Part shown: positions 1-11,738 of the stretch, in pieces
How positions within the stretch are numbered: position 1 is the first letter of the stretch
Layout of the letters: every line of letters starts with the position of its first letter
DNA from: Chrysemys picta bellii
Lineage: Eukaryota
Direction: 5' to 3'
Length of the DNA stretch: 64,000 nucleotides
NCBI RefSeq assembly: GCF_011386835.1
Contig: NC_088801.1
Location: 14,632,001-14,696,000 of the forward strand
Made by a program: the position numbers and the translations under genes
The notes under the pieces: generated by a model
The model's database searches: none
What the model was told of the DNA's origin: nothing
The model's input: only the letters and a program-made list of their open reading frames with translations

Positions 1-2099
1 GTCTTGCATCTTACAGCTTGGCACCAGTAAACTCTCAGTGTACAGTGTTATGTTACCACTGAGTAATCCTGAGGTTCCTATCCCGTACAGAAGCCAAAGG
101 AAGAAAACAAAGATGTAAAAGGAAATCCAGCAAAAACTGTGAATTGTTCCTTGTGAAAGTTCTATATGGGGGAAGGAGGATGGGGAATAAAGCAATGGAA
201 ACATGTCCCACATCTTTCCTTTTAACACTATGCAGAGTCACTATGTTTTGTAGAACCTTTTATATGTGTAGGAGGAAAGGATACATGTATTGATTTTTTG
301 CTAATAAACTGCATAGCTGTGACTCTCTTCTTGTAAATCTTTCCCTAAGCACAAAAGTGGGCTAAGGGAGGGGGACAGGGACTGTAGGGTAACGAGACTA
401 ATCAGGACTTTACCATCAAAGCGAATACATCCAATTAACAGCTATTAAAGAAGAATTTTATGGCACTGTGCACAGTGAGAGCCATTATATCTAGTGGAAA
501 TTAATCTTCATTATTTGTACCTGTGTACATACATGCAAAGGGAAGCAACTCACATTAATCTACATTAAACATAATACACAGTTGGTGTATTATCTACTCT
601 CAGTCAAAATTGACTGCTAGTCCCTGCATATGTATCTTCGGTGCTAACTCAAGTCATTATAGTACAGCATGTTTCAAAGACACAATTTGTTCCATACATA
701 ATAAATCAATAGTTAGAATCTTTTATATAATAAAATAAAAAAATAGAACTGTATAGGCAAATATCACCTTCTCAGAAAGCTGTGTAAAAAAAAATAGAAG
801 CAGCTATACAGATTTATTATCCATTTTAAAGGAAACTGAACAAATATAAATCTGTGGGTTTCAGAGATTTAATTAAAAGCAATTACCAACTCCACAATGT
901 TGTATTTCATATGCTTTGGACAACAATGTTAAAGCTACCCACGATATTTTGGATTTGGGGATTTTCTGGTTCCAAATACGTTGTTTGTTTGCTTGGTTTG
1001 CAGTAGATGTAAGGGTAATTTTTAAAGGCCTGCACTGTGCTAAAAATAGTGACTAGTGTATTCGTTGCTTTAAATTCCCATCTAGTGATCAGACACATTC
1101 ACAAACAGATGTTTAGAATCCTAAAAAGGTGAAAAAATAAGCAGCAACAGGCTCCAGCTGGTTTTCTCTGCTGTTCAATTGTTCAAGGACATTTCTCGTT
1201 TCAGGAGGTAGCCTTGGGGTCCTGAGGAACAAATGAAGAAATTGATGTTTATCCTTTTTTTTTTTTTTGTAGCAAAGGTACTTCTGATTTAATGGAGATC
1301 ATATATACACGATTGCCTAAGGTAGTCTTATATATGATCACATTTTATAGTACAGTGTTTTTACTGTGTGATGACACAAACTGCAATCAAACAAAATATC
1401 ACTGCAGAAGAGGCTTCGGTTGGAGCTCGGGCTCTGAAGCCCACCCCCATCCCTAGGCTTCGGAGCATGAGCTCCAGCCCGAGCCGCAACTTCCAAGTGT
1501 GGTCTATGCAGCTGTTTTTAGAGTGCTAGTGCAAGCCCTGCTAATCAAATCTGTTGACCCAGACTCCAAAATGCTGTGTAGACATACTCATTGAGACTCC
1601 AGTTCAGGAAAGTGCTTAAAATTAAGCATATCCTTACATGCTTTGTTGAACTGGAGTCAGAGGAGAGAACTCCTTGCTCCTATTTTGGAAGCTTTCAGAG
1701 TGGCAGCACAACAGAGGCCTGTCACTGAGGTATATTTAGCTGACATTGTTCTGATTGTCCGTCTGTCTAAACCTAAGGCATTTCTGTTGTGTCTATCACC
1801 CTAGTATCTACAGACTGGATCTACAAAGGTACGTAGGTTCCTAATCCCCAGATTTAGGCACCATTGAAGTTCATAACCATGGCCAGGAATAATAACTCTC
1901 ATTAATGAGATAACCCCCATAAATTGCATGGGTGGATCAAGGAAAAGTCCCCAGACGTATATTTCTATATATTTGCTCAGGTATTTTAAGAAAGAAAGAA
2001 AGAAAGAAAGAAAAGGGTTAAATTCTGGTCCCACTGAAGTCAGTAGGGTCAGTTTTAAGTCTAGTATCTCAAAGCTTAAACCGCAGAGCAGCTGTTACC

Positions 2100-2770
2100 C
2101 AGACCCAGTCTACAGGACAGGGTTAGGTCAATATAAGCTGCCTTGTGTCGACCTAGCTGTGGAAATGTCTTCTCTTGAATTTGGCTCCCGCCAACATAAA
2201 TCCCTCTCTATGCCAATTTAGGCTACTCTAGCACTTTTGTCAGTAAAACTTTTGTCAGTCAGGGGTGTGAAAAAAAACACATCCTGACTGACATGTTTCA
2301 CCGACAAAAGCGCCGGTGTGGACAGCTCTCCTGCAGACATGGCTACCACCATTCGTTATGAGTGGATTAATTATGTCAACAGGAGAGCTCTCCCGTTGGC
2401 ATAGAGCTGCTACACATGAGACCTTACTGCAGTGCAGCTGCGACAGTACAGCCGTGCCACTGTAAGGTCCGTAGTGCAGGCATAGTAACATCACCTCCCC
2501 AGGCAGCGCAAAGTCACGATCAATGTAATTAGGTCGATGCAATGTCAGTATAGACACTGTGTTGCTTATGTTGACAGTTACTGGCTTTCAGGAGCTGTCT
2601 CGCAATGCTCCACACTGACAATACAATTGACACAAGTGCTCCTGGTGAGGATGTGCACCGCTGACACAAGGATCCAAGTGTGCACACACACACACTAGCA
2701 ATTTAATAACTGCAGTGGCTATAACCCAATGTAAATTAGGTCAATGTAATTTTGTAGTGTAGACATGGCC
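2100..2770. mobile_element. Cluster of nested or adjacent Harbinger-type MITEs
   Basis: Ends TAGTGTAGACATGGCC followed by TAA; internal AGAGCTCTCCC and GTGGACAG motifs shared with the 16041 MITE. Confidence 0.7.
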
Positions 2771-2984
2771 TAAGTTTAGTGGATATGTGATGGTAACCCA
2801 CACTGGGATAAAGTCTAAATATGTATTTTAGTCATATTTTAACATGTTAATTAACATGTCAGCTAATGTGATTTTAAATTCTAGTGTAGACACTACACAG
2901 ATGTTTGTTCTAGGGATTAATGACAATTAGCTGCAAATGTTCAGGGCCTGTCAACACTAGAATTTACAATCACGTTAGCATGTG

Positions 2985-4091
2985 TGTAACAATGAAACCA
3001 GCTCAAGCCCCTACCCAGTGACCTGGGTCAATTACACACCACCTCCTGGGCGCCTCTAAAGGGCAATACTTCCTCTCTCACAAGCACAGAGTCTGAGTGT
3101 AGCAAAGAAACTTTCAATAAAAGGAGGGAAGTAACCTGGCATTAAATTTGGAGAACACCACAAACATGATTCATAACATAAACCATGAGCAAAAGACCCA
3201 CCCCCAAGTAAGTTGGGCAGTGTCCTTTTCCCTCGGGTTCTTAAATCCAGCAACCAAAAGTCCCTTTAACATGCCTGTCCCTTCTCTGCACCCCACTCAC
3301 AGTTGTTGTCCTTGGTCAGGGCAGACTCACAGTTCAGAGGTGCATCTGCAGAGTTCACCTCCCACCCTGGGTGTGGAGGGGAGAGTAAGAAGGCACCTTA
3401 CTCGTTCCGCTGCCTGGGCACTCACTCACCATTCCTCTTCACTGGCCGATTGGCACTCCGCTCCTCTCCGCTAGCCACCCTGCCGGCCGATTGGCACTCC
3501 ACTCCTCTCCGCCAGCTGCCCTGCCAGCTGATCGCCACGCCTCTCCACCAGCCACTCTGCCAGCCAATCACCGATCCACTGGGATGTCTTCAGGTCTCAC
3601 AGCTCTCAGTAATTGTAGCTGTTAGTGGGGGAACCTCACTGCTGGTGCACACTAGACAGTGTCTTACATCAGAGATACTGCCCAAAAACACATCTAATGC
3701 TTAGACCTAGGTATCAGTGATTTCAGGTCTGAAGTGTGTAACAAGACTCTCAGTTAAGTCTAAATTGGCTCTTCTTACACAGTGAAGAGAGCCCACACAA
3801 CCAGGCACATATACCTATCCCCACCCTCTCTCAATTCACTGGGCTTTGGAACCCATGTCCCCCGCCTAGCAAGTGTCATTTAGTTGAGGGTGAGTCCTTC
3901 AATCAGGGTATGCCAAGTACAGTTCTGCTGCCCTTGATTCACACAACAAGGATAACAACCCTTTATTACTCCTGCCCCAATAACAAGAGGACTGGGGATC
4001 CAGCACCAGCCAAAAGTGATCATTTGGGCAAGCTATCCCATCATGCTGAGCACCTAGGCAGGGTGGGTGTGCCTATACAAACGAGATCAGC
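2985..4091. mobile_element. Truncated LTR-like element
   Basis: Starts TGTAAC, carries an internal imperfect ~40-bp tandem repeat (about 3440-3575), and ends abruptly at a hAT fragment. Class inferred from recalled turtle repeats. Confidence 0.55.
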
Positions 4092-4200
4092 CAGTGGGAG
4101 CCGCAATCGGCCGAACCTGCGGACGTGGCAGGTAAACAAATCGGCCCAGCCCGCCAGGGGCTTTCCCTGAACAAGCGGCAGACCAGCTTTGAGAACCACT
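4092..4200. mobile_element. hAT terminal fragment
   Basis: CpG-rich subterminal sequence ending TTTGAGAACCACT (hAT TIR). Confidence 0.7.
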
Positions 4201-5273
4201 ACTATAGAAGAGTGTGAATCTTTGTCCCCCGATAGTGGCTGGTTCACATAAGGTTCATGATTTTAGCTCTGTGGTTGATGTATGGGGCCTGATATCAGGA
4301 AAATATATGTGTTTTATATTTAGGAATGATCATTATTACAAAAATAACAAGGATACATGTTATTCCAATTCATTTAACTAGGATGATGGCAGCAATGGTA
4401 AGAATTTGTTGAAATTTGAAATTTCAATGACATTTTGAATTTCAAAATTCAGAAACAAAATGGCAAGACATTTTCATTAGAGTTTTTCATAATTCATTCT
4501 ATTGTATGGACAAGGTGCGTGAGTGGAACAATATTTCAGTTTTTAAATGATGTAGAACTGTGAGAGTGACCCAAAACTCTATAGGGTGAAATCCTGGCAA
4601 AACTCCTATTGACTTCAATAGCACCATGATTTCCCTCTAAAAGGTCTTCACTAGAGTAAGCAATGTTAAGATCAGTGAATAATGAACACTGCAAAGACCT
4701 ATTCTATTTTGCCTAGGTTCCTATACTGCCCTCCTCACGTGGTATGTAAACACCTTCCAGGAATGAATTAAGCCACATGACTAATATCTGTCATGTGTGG
4801 TTCATTCTTTCTCTCACTCTCTCCCCGGGGAAAGAATTGTGGATTTGAAATTTGGATTCTTTTAAAAAACGTACATGCTGCTCTGTGTTTATGCTAGAAA
4901 AGGCAGGTTGAAATCGTGTGCCTTGCACTTGGAATCGAAGATAGTGAGTTTGTGATGGTTTGTTCCTATGGCAGCTCATGCCACAGACCGGACCCTGAGA
5001 AAGCTTTGTCTCCTTCTGCATAGAAAGCTTTAGTCTTATGGTATAAAGTTCCATTGTGCCTGTTGATCACAGCCCTCACCCCAGAGCTTTAGATGGTCTT
5101 TTAATTACCCTGCGTCCAGGGCATTAAGTACCTTGAAATCAAGGACCTGTATATAAAAACATCAGTGAATTGAGTGAAATCTTTTTTGCAATCCTGTAGA
5201 AAAATTAAACGCCCATTTTTGTTGCTGGCCTTACCAATATGACAATAATGGATATTGTGTGCGCAGGGGTGTG

Positions 5274-5279
<6 letters not shown>

Positions 5280-5307
<28 letters not shown>
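5280..5307. repeat. (CA)n microsatellite
   Basis: Direct reading. Other short (CA)n runs near 36672, 28817 and 51583. Confidence 0.9.
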
Positions 5308-5310
<3 letters not shown>

Positions 5311-6935
5311 GTTTCCACTAACAGCCAAATGCAATTTGAAATCCCCAGTTCATTCCAACTATTTACAAGTATTATACATCATAAACAGACCACCTCTTCG
5401 GTAACATTCTTTAGGAAAGCTGTATAATATATTGGCATAATAGTCTTTTTCAGGGAAAGCATTTCATTTTAATAAAATGTGTGCCACCATATTTAATCAA
5501 TCATATTGATTGACAACAGCAATAGTTGGGTATCCCAGCAGATGCTGCTACTACCTCATTCTTATTCCAGTTTCATTTCTCAATCAAATCCATGTGTAAA
5601 AAAAATATAATGTGCTGCCAAGATAATGTAATAAAACTTCAACTGAAATGCATACCACCAAGACCAAACCTGATAAGTCAAAGTATGGGAAAAGTTAACT
5701 TTAGAAAAATCATTTATGACATGCAAATATTAAAGTTTTATAGACTAGATATGCAAAGACTAGCCCTAATAAAAATGGGAAAGTTTCAGATATCAGTGCT
5801 GAATAATCATTGGGAGATTAGCTCTGAGCATATTTAAAATAGTTTGCAATAAACCTTAAATTTTGTTAGTATTATCTGAGTTGGATTCAACTGTTCATTA
5901 CAGAAGTGAGATGAATTATAACTTTTATCTGAACAGCTGTGTTGTTTCTGTTGTGGCGAACACCAGTTAGCAGTGATGCATTGCTCTATGCCAGGGGCTG
6001 AACTAGCAGGTTTTGAAGTTAATGATTCATATAAGCATACAATGAGCCCTAATTGTTAGTATGTCAAGTACAGTATAAAATTACTGTATTCCAACTCCCA
6101 ACTCCATTAAAGTTCTTTCTAAGCAACCTGCATACCTCACTTTACCAAAATAAGGTTTGATGACCAACCGAGACCAAGTGGATTTGCTTCATCATATAGT
6201 TAGGCCCAGACCCTCAAAGGTATATGGGCACCTAACTCCCATTGATTGGGGTTTCAATATGTTGGATTTTCATGCATATAGTATTATAAATCCATTAACT
6301 GTTAGATCACTATAACGTAATGGGCCAGGTCCTCAACTAGTGTAATTTGGTGTAGCACCATTAATGCTAACACAGCAATGCTGTTGTGCTCCAGCTGAGG
6401 ATCTGACCCAACAAGTCTGTCTCTCTCTAGCAATATATCTTTTCTGAAGTTTCTATGTTTTATGCCATTCAAGTACAATGGCACATTATGTTTTTAAAAC
6501 AGTCAGTATATTAAAAAAAACAGAAAAGATAAGTCTCCAAATAAGTCTCCTTTTATGCCTCAGAATAACTGAGTGGGTTTCTGAGTATCTTGAAATAAAC
6601 TAGAAGATGCAGCCAATGACTATAGAATTAGGCTATGGATGCTAGTATTGTCTGGCATCCTTCAAGCTAACCTCACACCCAGAACTGAGTTTAGCAGGAA
6701 TGATGTTGACAGCAACTAGAAGAACACACAGTTCCTCATAGTAGCAATCACCGTGATGGAATTTCTTATTCTAAAACAATGGAAAGTGAACCGGGAAACA
6801 GGCCAAACGGACCTCAGGAAATTTTTCCCAGAATCATTTTCTCACTGAGATGCCCTCTTTTCTTGTCATTTAAATGATTGTATTGTTCATGACATGAAAG
6901 TTGCCAGATTCGCAGTTCTCCAGACTAAAATCCAA

Positions 6936-7387
6936 ATTGGAAAGGGTTCAGAAAAGAGATACAAGAATGTTTCGTCTGGAAAACATGAGAGATTAAAGAA
7001 GCTCAGTCTATTTAGTTTAACAAAAAGAAGGATAAGAGGTGATTTAATCATGGTCTACAAGTACCTATATGAGGAGGTTTTTGGTGGTAGAGGGCTCTTT
7101 AATCTATCAGACAAAGGCATTACAAGACTGACTGGCTAGAAGCTGAAGCTAGACAAATGTAGCTAAGGCTTAAATTTTTGACAGTGAGGGTAAATAACCA
7201 TTAGAACAACTTTCTTAAGCATGTGGTGGATTCTCCATCACTTGAGGTCTTTAGATCAAGGTTGAATGTCTTTTAAAAATATGCTTTAGCTCCCGGGAAC
7301 CATGCGGTGGAATTCTGTGGCCTATGTTATACAGGAGGTCAGACAAGAGGATTGTAATGGTCCCTTTTGGCCTTAAAAATCCATGAA
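6936..7387 (+). mobile_element. CR1 LINE 3' end
   Basis: Degenerate end of ORF2 (ERLKKLSLFSLTKRRIRGDLIMVYKYL) followed by a CR1-type 3' UTR. Confidence 0.85.
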
Positions 7388-7476
7388 AATCCTCTAGTTA
7401 CACATGAGATATAATTGTGAAATTTTGGGGGGACATGGGGCCTAAACCTGTGAGGTGATGAGTATCTTCAACTCCC

Positions 7477-7666
7477 AAAAAGCAACAGAGAGTCCTGTGG
7501 CACCTTTAAGACTAACAGATGTATTGGAGCATAAGCTTTCGTGGGTGAATACCCACTTCGTCAGACGCAAAAGCTTATGCTCCAATACATCTGATAGTCT
7601 TAAAGGTGCCACAGGACTCTCTATTGCTTTTTACAGATCCAGACTAACACGGCTACCCCTCTGATA
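7477..7666. mobile_element. Penelope-like (Neptune-type) fragment with inverted terminal arms
   Basis: ~63-bp inverted repeat (7477-7539 / 7570-7632) containing GTCTTAAAGGTGCCACAGG; direct repeat TTCAACTCCC at 7467-7476 and 7667-7676. Confidence 0.85.
7529..7568 (-). ncRNA. Minimal type I hammerhead ribozyme motif (Penelope-associated)
   Basis: GCGU CUGACGA A GUGGG-UAUUCA-CCCAC GAAAGCUU AUGC: core boxes, stem I, stem II and palindromic AGCU stem III are all present. Confidence 0.6.
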
Positions 7667-7834
7667 TTCAACTCCCAACCAAACCAAAATAAAATGGTCT
7701 ATAATATAGTTCACCAGGCAGTTAAAGAGTGTAGTCTTGACTTGACTGGGAGTCTAAAGTATTCAGGACTTCACTGGAGGTACTCACAGACTGAAAACCA
7801 TGGACACCTATCCTCTAGAAAATGTAGTGAGAGG

Positions 7835-8231
7835 AAAGCAGGTTGAAACTTTTTGGTGAATAGTAAATTTGCTGAAAAATGTATTTTTGGTGGTATAAAC
7901 TATTCATGAATTCAGGTCAAACTCATTTAATAGTTTTGGCCAACCCCCACCCTACCCTCATCCCCCCCAAAAAACCCCGAAAACAAAAATTTTGAAAGTG
8001 TCAACATTGTTTGTTTTGCAAATATCAATTCAAATCACCATTTTGTTTCAAAATGTCATTTTCAATCCATATCCAAAATGTTTCATTTTTGACCCAAACA
8101 ATTTTTTCTGTTCTTCATTTTGTTGAGAAAAACTGAAAAAATTCAAGTTTCAATTTGAAAGTAACCACATAATTTTTTAGATTTTTTTGGTTTGGCCACT
8201 AAACTGAAAAGACAATTATTCACTTGGCTCT
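7835..8231. mobile_element. AT-rich degenerate MITE
   Basis: Repeated AAATG/TTTC-rich motifs, ending in ATTATTCACTTGGCTCTA. No TSD verified. Confidence 0.45.
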
Positions 8232-10170
8232 AAATGAAACTAACAACTCATTTCACATAGACCACCAACCAATCATATTGTTATATGAAAGGTTTTGCAT
8301 CCCCATACCAGCCTGCTTAGCCATTCATTCCCCTTATTTCTGGCTATATTTAATATACCATAGCAGTGACTAATGTTCAGTTTGTGAACAAAGACAATGG
8401 ACCAACTTTCCCTTTAGTGTTTTAGTCAGGAATACAAAAGCTCTTGGAACATACATGAATACAATTTTATTGACCCATGCATCATGTCTGTCTTTCTAGA
8501 TTTGTATAATGGCACTCATCATTGTAGTAACTGAGTGTCTTCCATGAGAAGCAAACACAGTTATTATAATGCAATGTATTGGGCTGGGATGGAGCAAAAT
8601 GTGCAAGGAGACTTTTGGGTTTGCTTTGATGATGAAGATGATGATGATGAATTTACTGAGCTTCAATCTCTCTAACAAGTTCGTAGCCTACCCATCTACG
8701 CATGTGGAATTTTTAAATGTTCTCAGCTTTGCCTGTAGGTAACTTTTTGAAAGAAACCTTTATATTTTTACCACACAAAACATATTTTTCTTCCCCCATA
8801 TTTTTAAAAAGGCATTATAAATATTTGTGAAAGTAATTGGGGTGAATGGTTGGAGACCACTGACACCATCCATTTACCCACTGAAGAGACACAACTTTGA
8901 CTGTGGCCCTTCCAGCTTCCCCATGCTGCCCTGCCAATGGGCCTCAGCACCCTGGCTAGAAGTTCAAGAGTAGTTCTTTCTTCATGTCTTCACTTCTGAG
9001 ATGCCAACACAAATGCTGATTAGTGTCAGTTAATGAATCGGTGCAGTGGGTTTTCCAATGGGAGGGCCCAGGGGGCAGGGCAGGTGGTGCTGTTATACCA
9101 GGTCAAGGTTTGGCAGGGGCCTGCATTGGCAGTATCATGAGCAGTTCTTGTGCATAGAAATACAACATCATGGCCATGTTTTGGTGGAGCAGCAGGCTGC
9201 CTGCTGCCACCAACACACAGCGGATCCGCCCATGGATAATGTAGCTTGGGTCTCACCAGGCCCAGTGGAGACAGAGAGATTCCAGCTGGAGGTGACAGAA
9301 CACAGCAGAGATCAGACACTTTCCTGAGCACTGGAGGTTTCCTCCTTAAAGAAACATAAATTCCCAGCAGCTCCCCCTTCCCTTAGGGCTTGGAAAGGGA
9401 GAGTGAGTATCCCCTGGCTGCTGTATCTCAACATCCTCCCATAACCTATTCTAAGGCCCCAAGCCATACCATTCCTCACCCTGTATTCGATCTAAATCAT
9501 ATAAATAACCAAAACATCCCAATATCCCAGTAAGTCATTCTTCTTTTAACTGAAAGGGTACACGCTTCTTCCTGCTCTTTCCTACATGGAAACTTTACAC
9601 TAGGGAACCAAAATTAGACTCTCTCTTCATGTCCTCACCTGTGGCCAGTTTACCACATGCTGCCCTCAAGAGCTTATGCATTTAAGGCTGTCATGTCAGG
9701 ACACGCTAGGCTCTGGATGCATAATCGCTAATTGGCAGATCCAGGGGGACATTCCAGCCAGGAAAAGCAAATTAAAAAAAACAACCCCCTTGAACAAGAC
9801 ACTCTGACAGGGTGTGATGTATTGTACACCAGAAGAAAGGAACAGCACTACAGCAGAGCTTTTGGAGATGATGCGGTGAAAAACCTGCCCACCGTTAGAC
9901 TAGAGAAACATCTTGTGAAGTCTTTCTTAGCTTTGCTTTCCTAAAGAAGCCCTGTAACTATTATATTACAAAACTCAGTCACTGGAGTAGTGTTGATCCT
10001 GACACTTCAAATGTGCTGTAAGCACGCCTAGGCTCTTAAAGGGGCTCCAAAGAAAGAACGTGATGAAACAGTCAGTGCTATATAAAAAGGTAGATATCTG
10101 CTGGAAATTTGTCCTGATTTGTCCCCTTGCAATCGCCCACACTATGCCCAGTACTCAGAAGTACTAGACA

Positions 10171-10334
10171 CAGTGGTTCTCAACTGATTTACCATTGTGG
10201 GACACATACGCAGCTCTATGTGTTATGTGGGCTGCATCCACACAATTGATATATTACTTGTATGGCCCTGAGGATGTCACATGGGCCACAGCTGTGTGCG
10301 GATTGGTCCGCAGTCCGCGGGTGGAGAACCACTG
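10171..10334. mobile_element. hAT MITE
   Basis: TIRs CAGTGGTTCTCAAC / GTGGAGAACCACTG. Confidence 0.85.
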
Positions 10335-10341
10335 TATAGAG

Positions 10342-11027
10342 CAGTGGTTCCCAAACTTTAACAACCTGTGAACCCCTTTCGCTAAAATGTTGTCTTGCAA
10401 ACCCCCTCCTAGAAATGAATATTTCCAGGGATTTTCTTCTTTACCGGAGTATAAATTATAAAAAATATAAAATTTGTTTTTATGACATGCTTATTACACA
10501 CTTTATTATTACTTATGATTACAGTATTTTTATTACATTTGAAAATGGCAACACTCTTCCAAGATCTCACTTTCGTAGCTCGTATCACTTTGAATAAGCC
10601 TGTTATAGGACAAGGTTCCTATGTTTCATCACGGAGTATCAGATGTGAAACAGCATGAAGGTATTTAAGAAGCCAACTCAAAGAGTTCCTCCTACACAAG
10701 CATTCAGGTCTTGAGCAGTCCAGGCAAACAACACACGTTACAACAATACTAGCTGCCTATTTAATTTTAAAAACAGCAAAATATATCCACCTCCCTTTCC
10801 ATTTCTTATAAGGAGTCCTTGAAGTTTAAATCTCCTCAGTGTGATAGATTATGCTTGCTTTGATCTGCTTAGCTCTTGGAAGTCCAGGGGCTCCGGGCTG
10901 CTGGCCCCGTGCTGCCCAGGGTCCCTAGGGACAGCTCTGTCTGCCATTAGGGAATTTTTTTCGGAGAACCTCCTGTAACATTTCGCGAACCCCCAGGGGT
11001 TCACAAACCCCAGTTTGGGAACCACTG
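10342..11027. mobile_element. Non-autonomous hAT element
   Basis: TIRs CAGTGGTTCCCAAAC / GTTTGGGAACCACTG; perfect 8-bp TSD GTATAGAG (10334-10341, 11028-11035). Confidence 0.92.
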
Positions 11028-11566
11028 GTATAGAGGAACATGACTTACTTCAAAACTCATCACTGCTGCAATGCCTTAATCAGCCAGAGGGGTCACTGTT
11101 GAGGTATTCATTCCCTGCCTCCAGGATATGAACAAGCCTGCTGCCTTCTTCCTGCTGCCAGCCCCCTGGGAGTAAGAAGCTGAGAATCAAGTCTGCGTTT
11201 CCATCGTGGCCATTCAGAGCAGAGTTCCATTTTCAAAGAAAGCCATTTAGACATGAGAATAACAATATTTTGCATTAAGAATATTAAAGCCCCTCCCCAA
11301 TATTAATGAATTAAACCTCCCAACCGTCTTCTGAGGTGGGTAAGTGTTATTATCCCCATTGTGTAGCTGGAGAAACTGAGGCATGGAGAGGTTAAGAATT
11401 GCCCAAGATCACACATTGAGGTTTCTGGGACAGGAGCTGGTTATCTGGCCTTAATGTCTCTGTGTTCTACAAAACATACCTGCTCCTGACTGATTCACTA
11501 TTCCAGGCAATGAATTATAATTTGGTTGAAGAACTTCAGAATGGAGGACTAGGATCAGCCTCTTCT

Positions 11567-11738
11567 TGGTTTGAGCATTGGCCTGCTAAACCCAGGGTTG
11601 TGAGTTCAATCCTTCAGGGGGCCACTTAGGGATCTGTGGCAAAATCAGTACTTGGTCCTGCTAGTGAAGGCAGGGGGCTGGACTCGACCTTTCGGGGTCC
11701 CTTCCAGTTCTATGAGATAGGTGTGTATATAGATATAT
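11567..11738 (+). mobile_element. Tortoise polIII-type tRNA-derived SINE (5' clipped)
   Basis: B-box-like GTGAGTTCAATCC and a CR1-like tail; near-identical to the copy at 33959. Confidence 0.88.

Noticed and set aside
9026-9331. Overlapping 93-101 aa ORFs in a GC-richer patch
   Set aside because: No recognisable homology or splice pattern; more likely a decayed repeat that I cannot assign.
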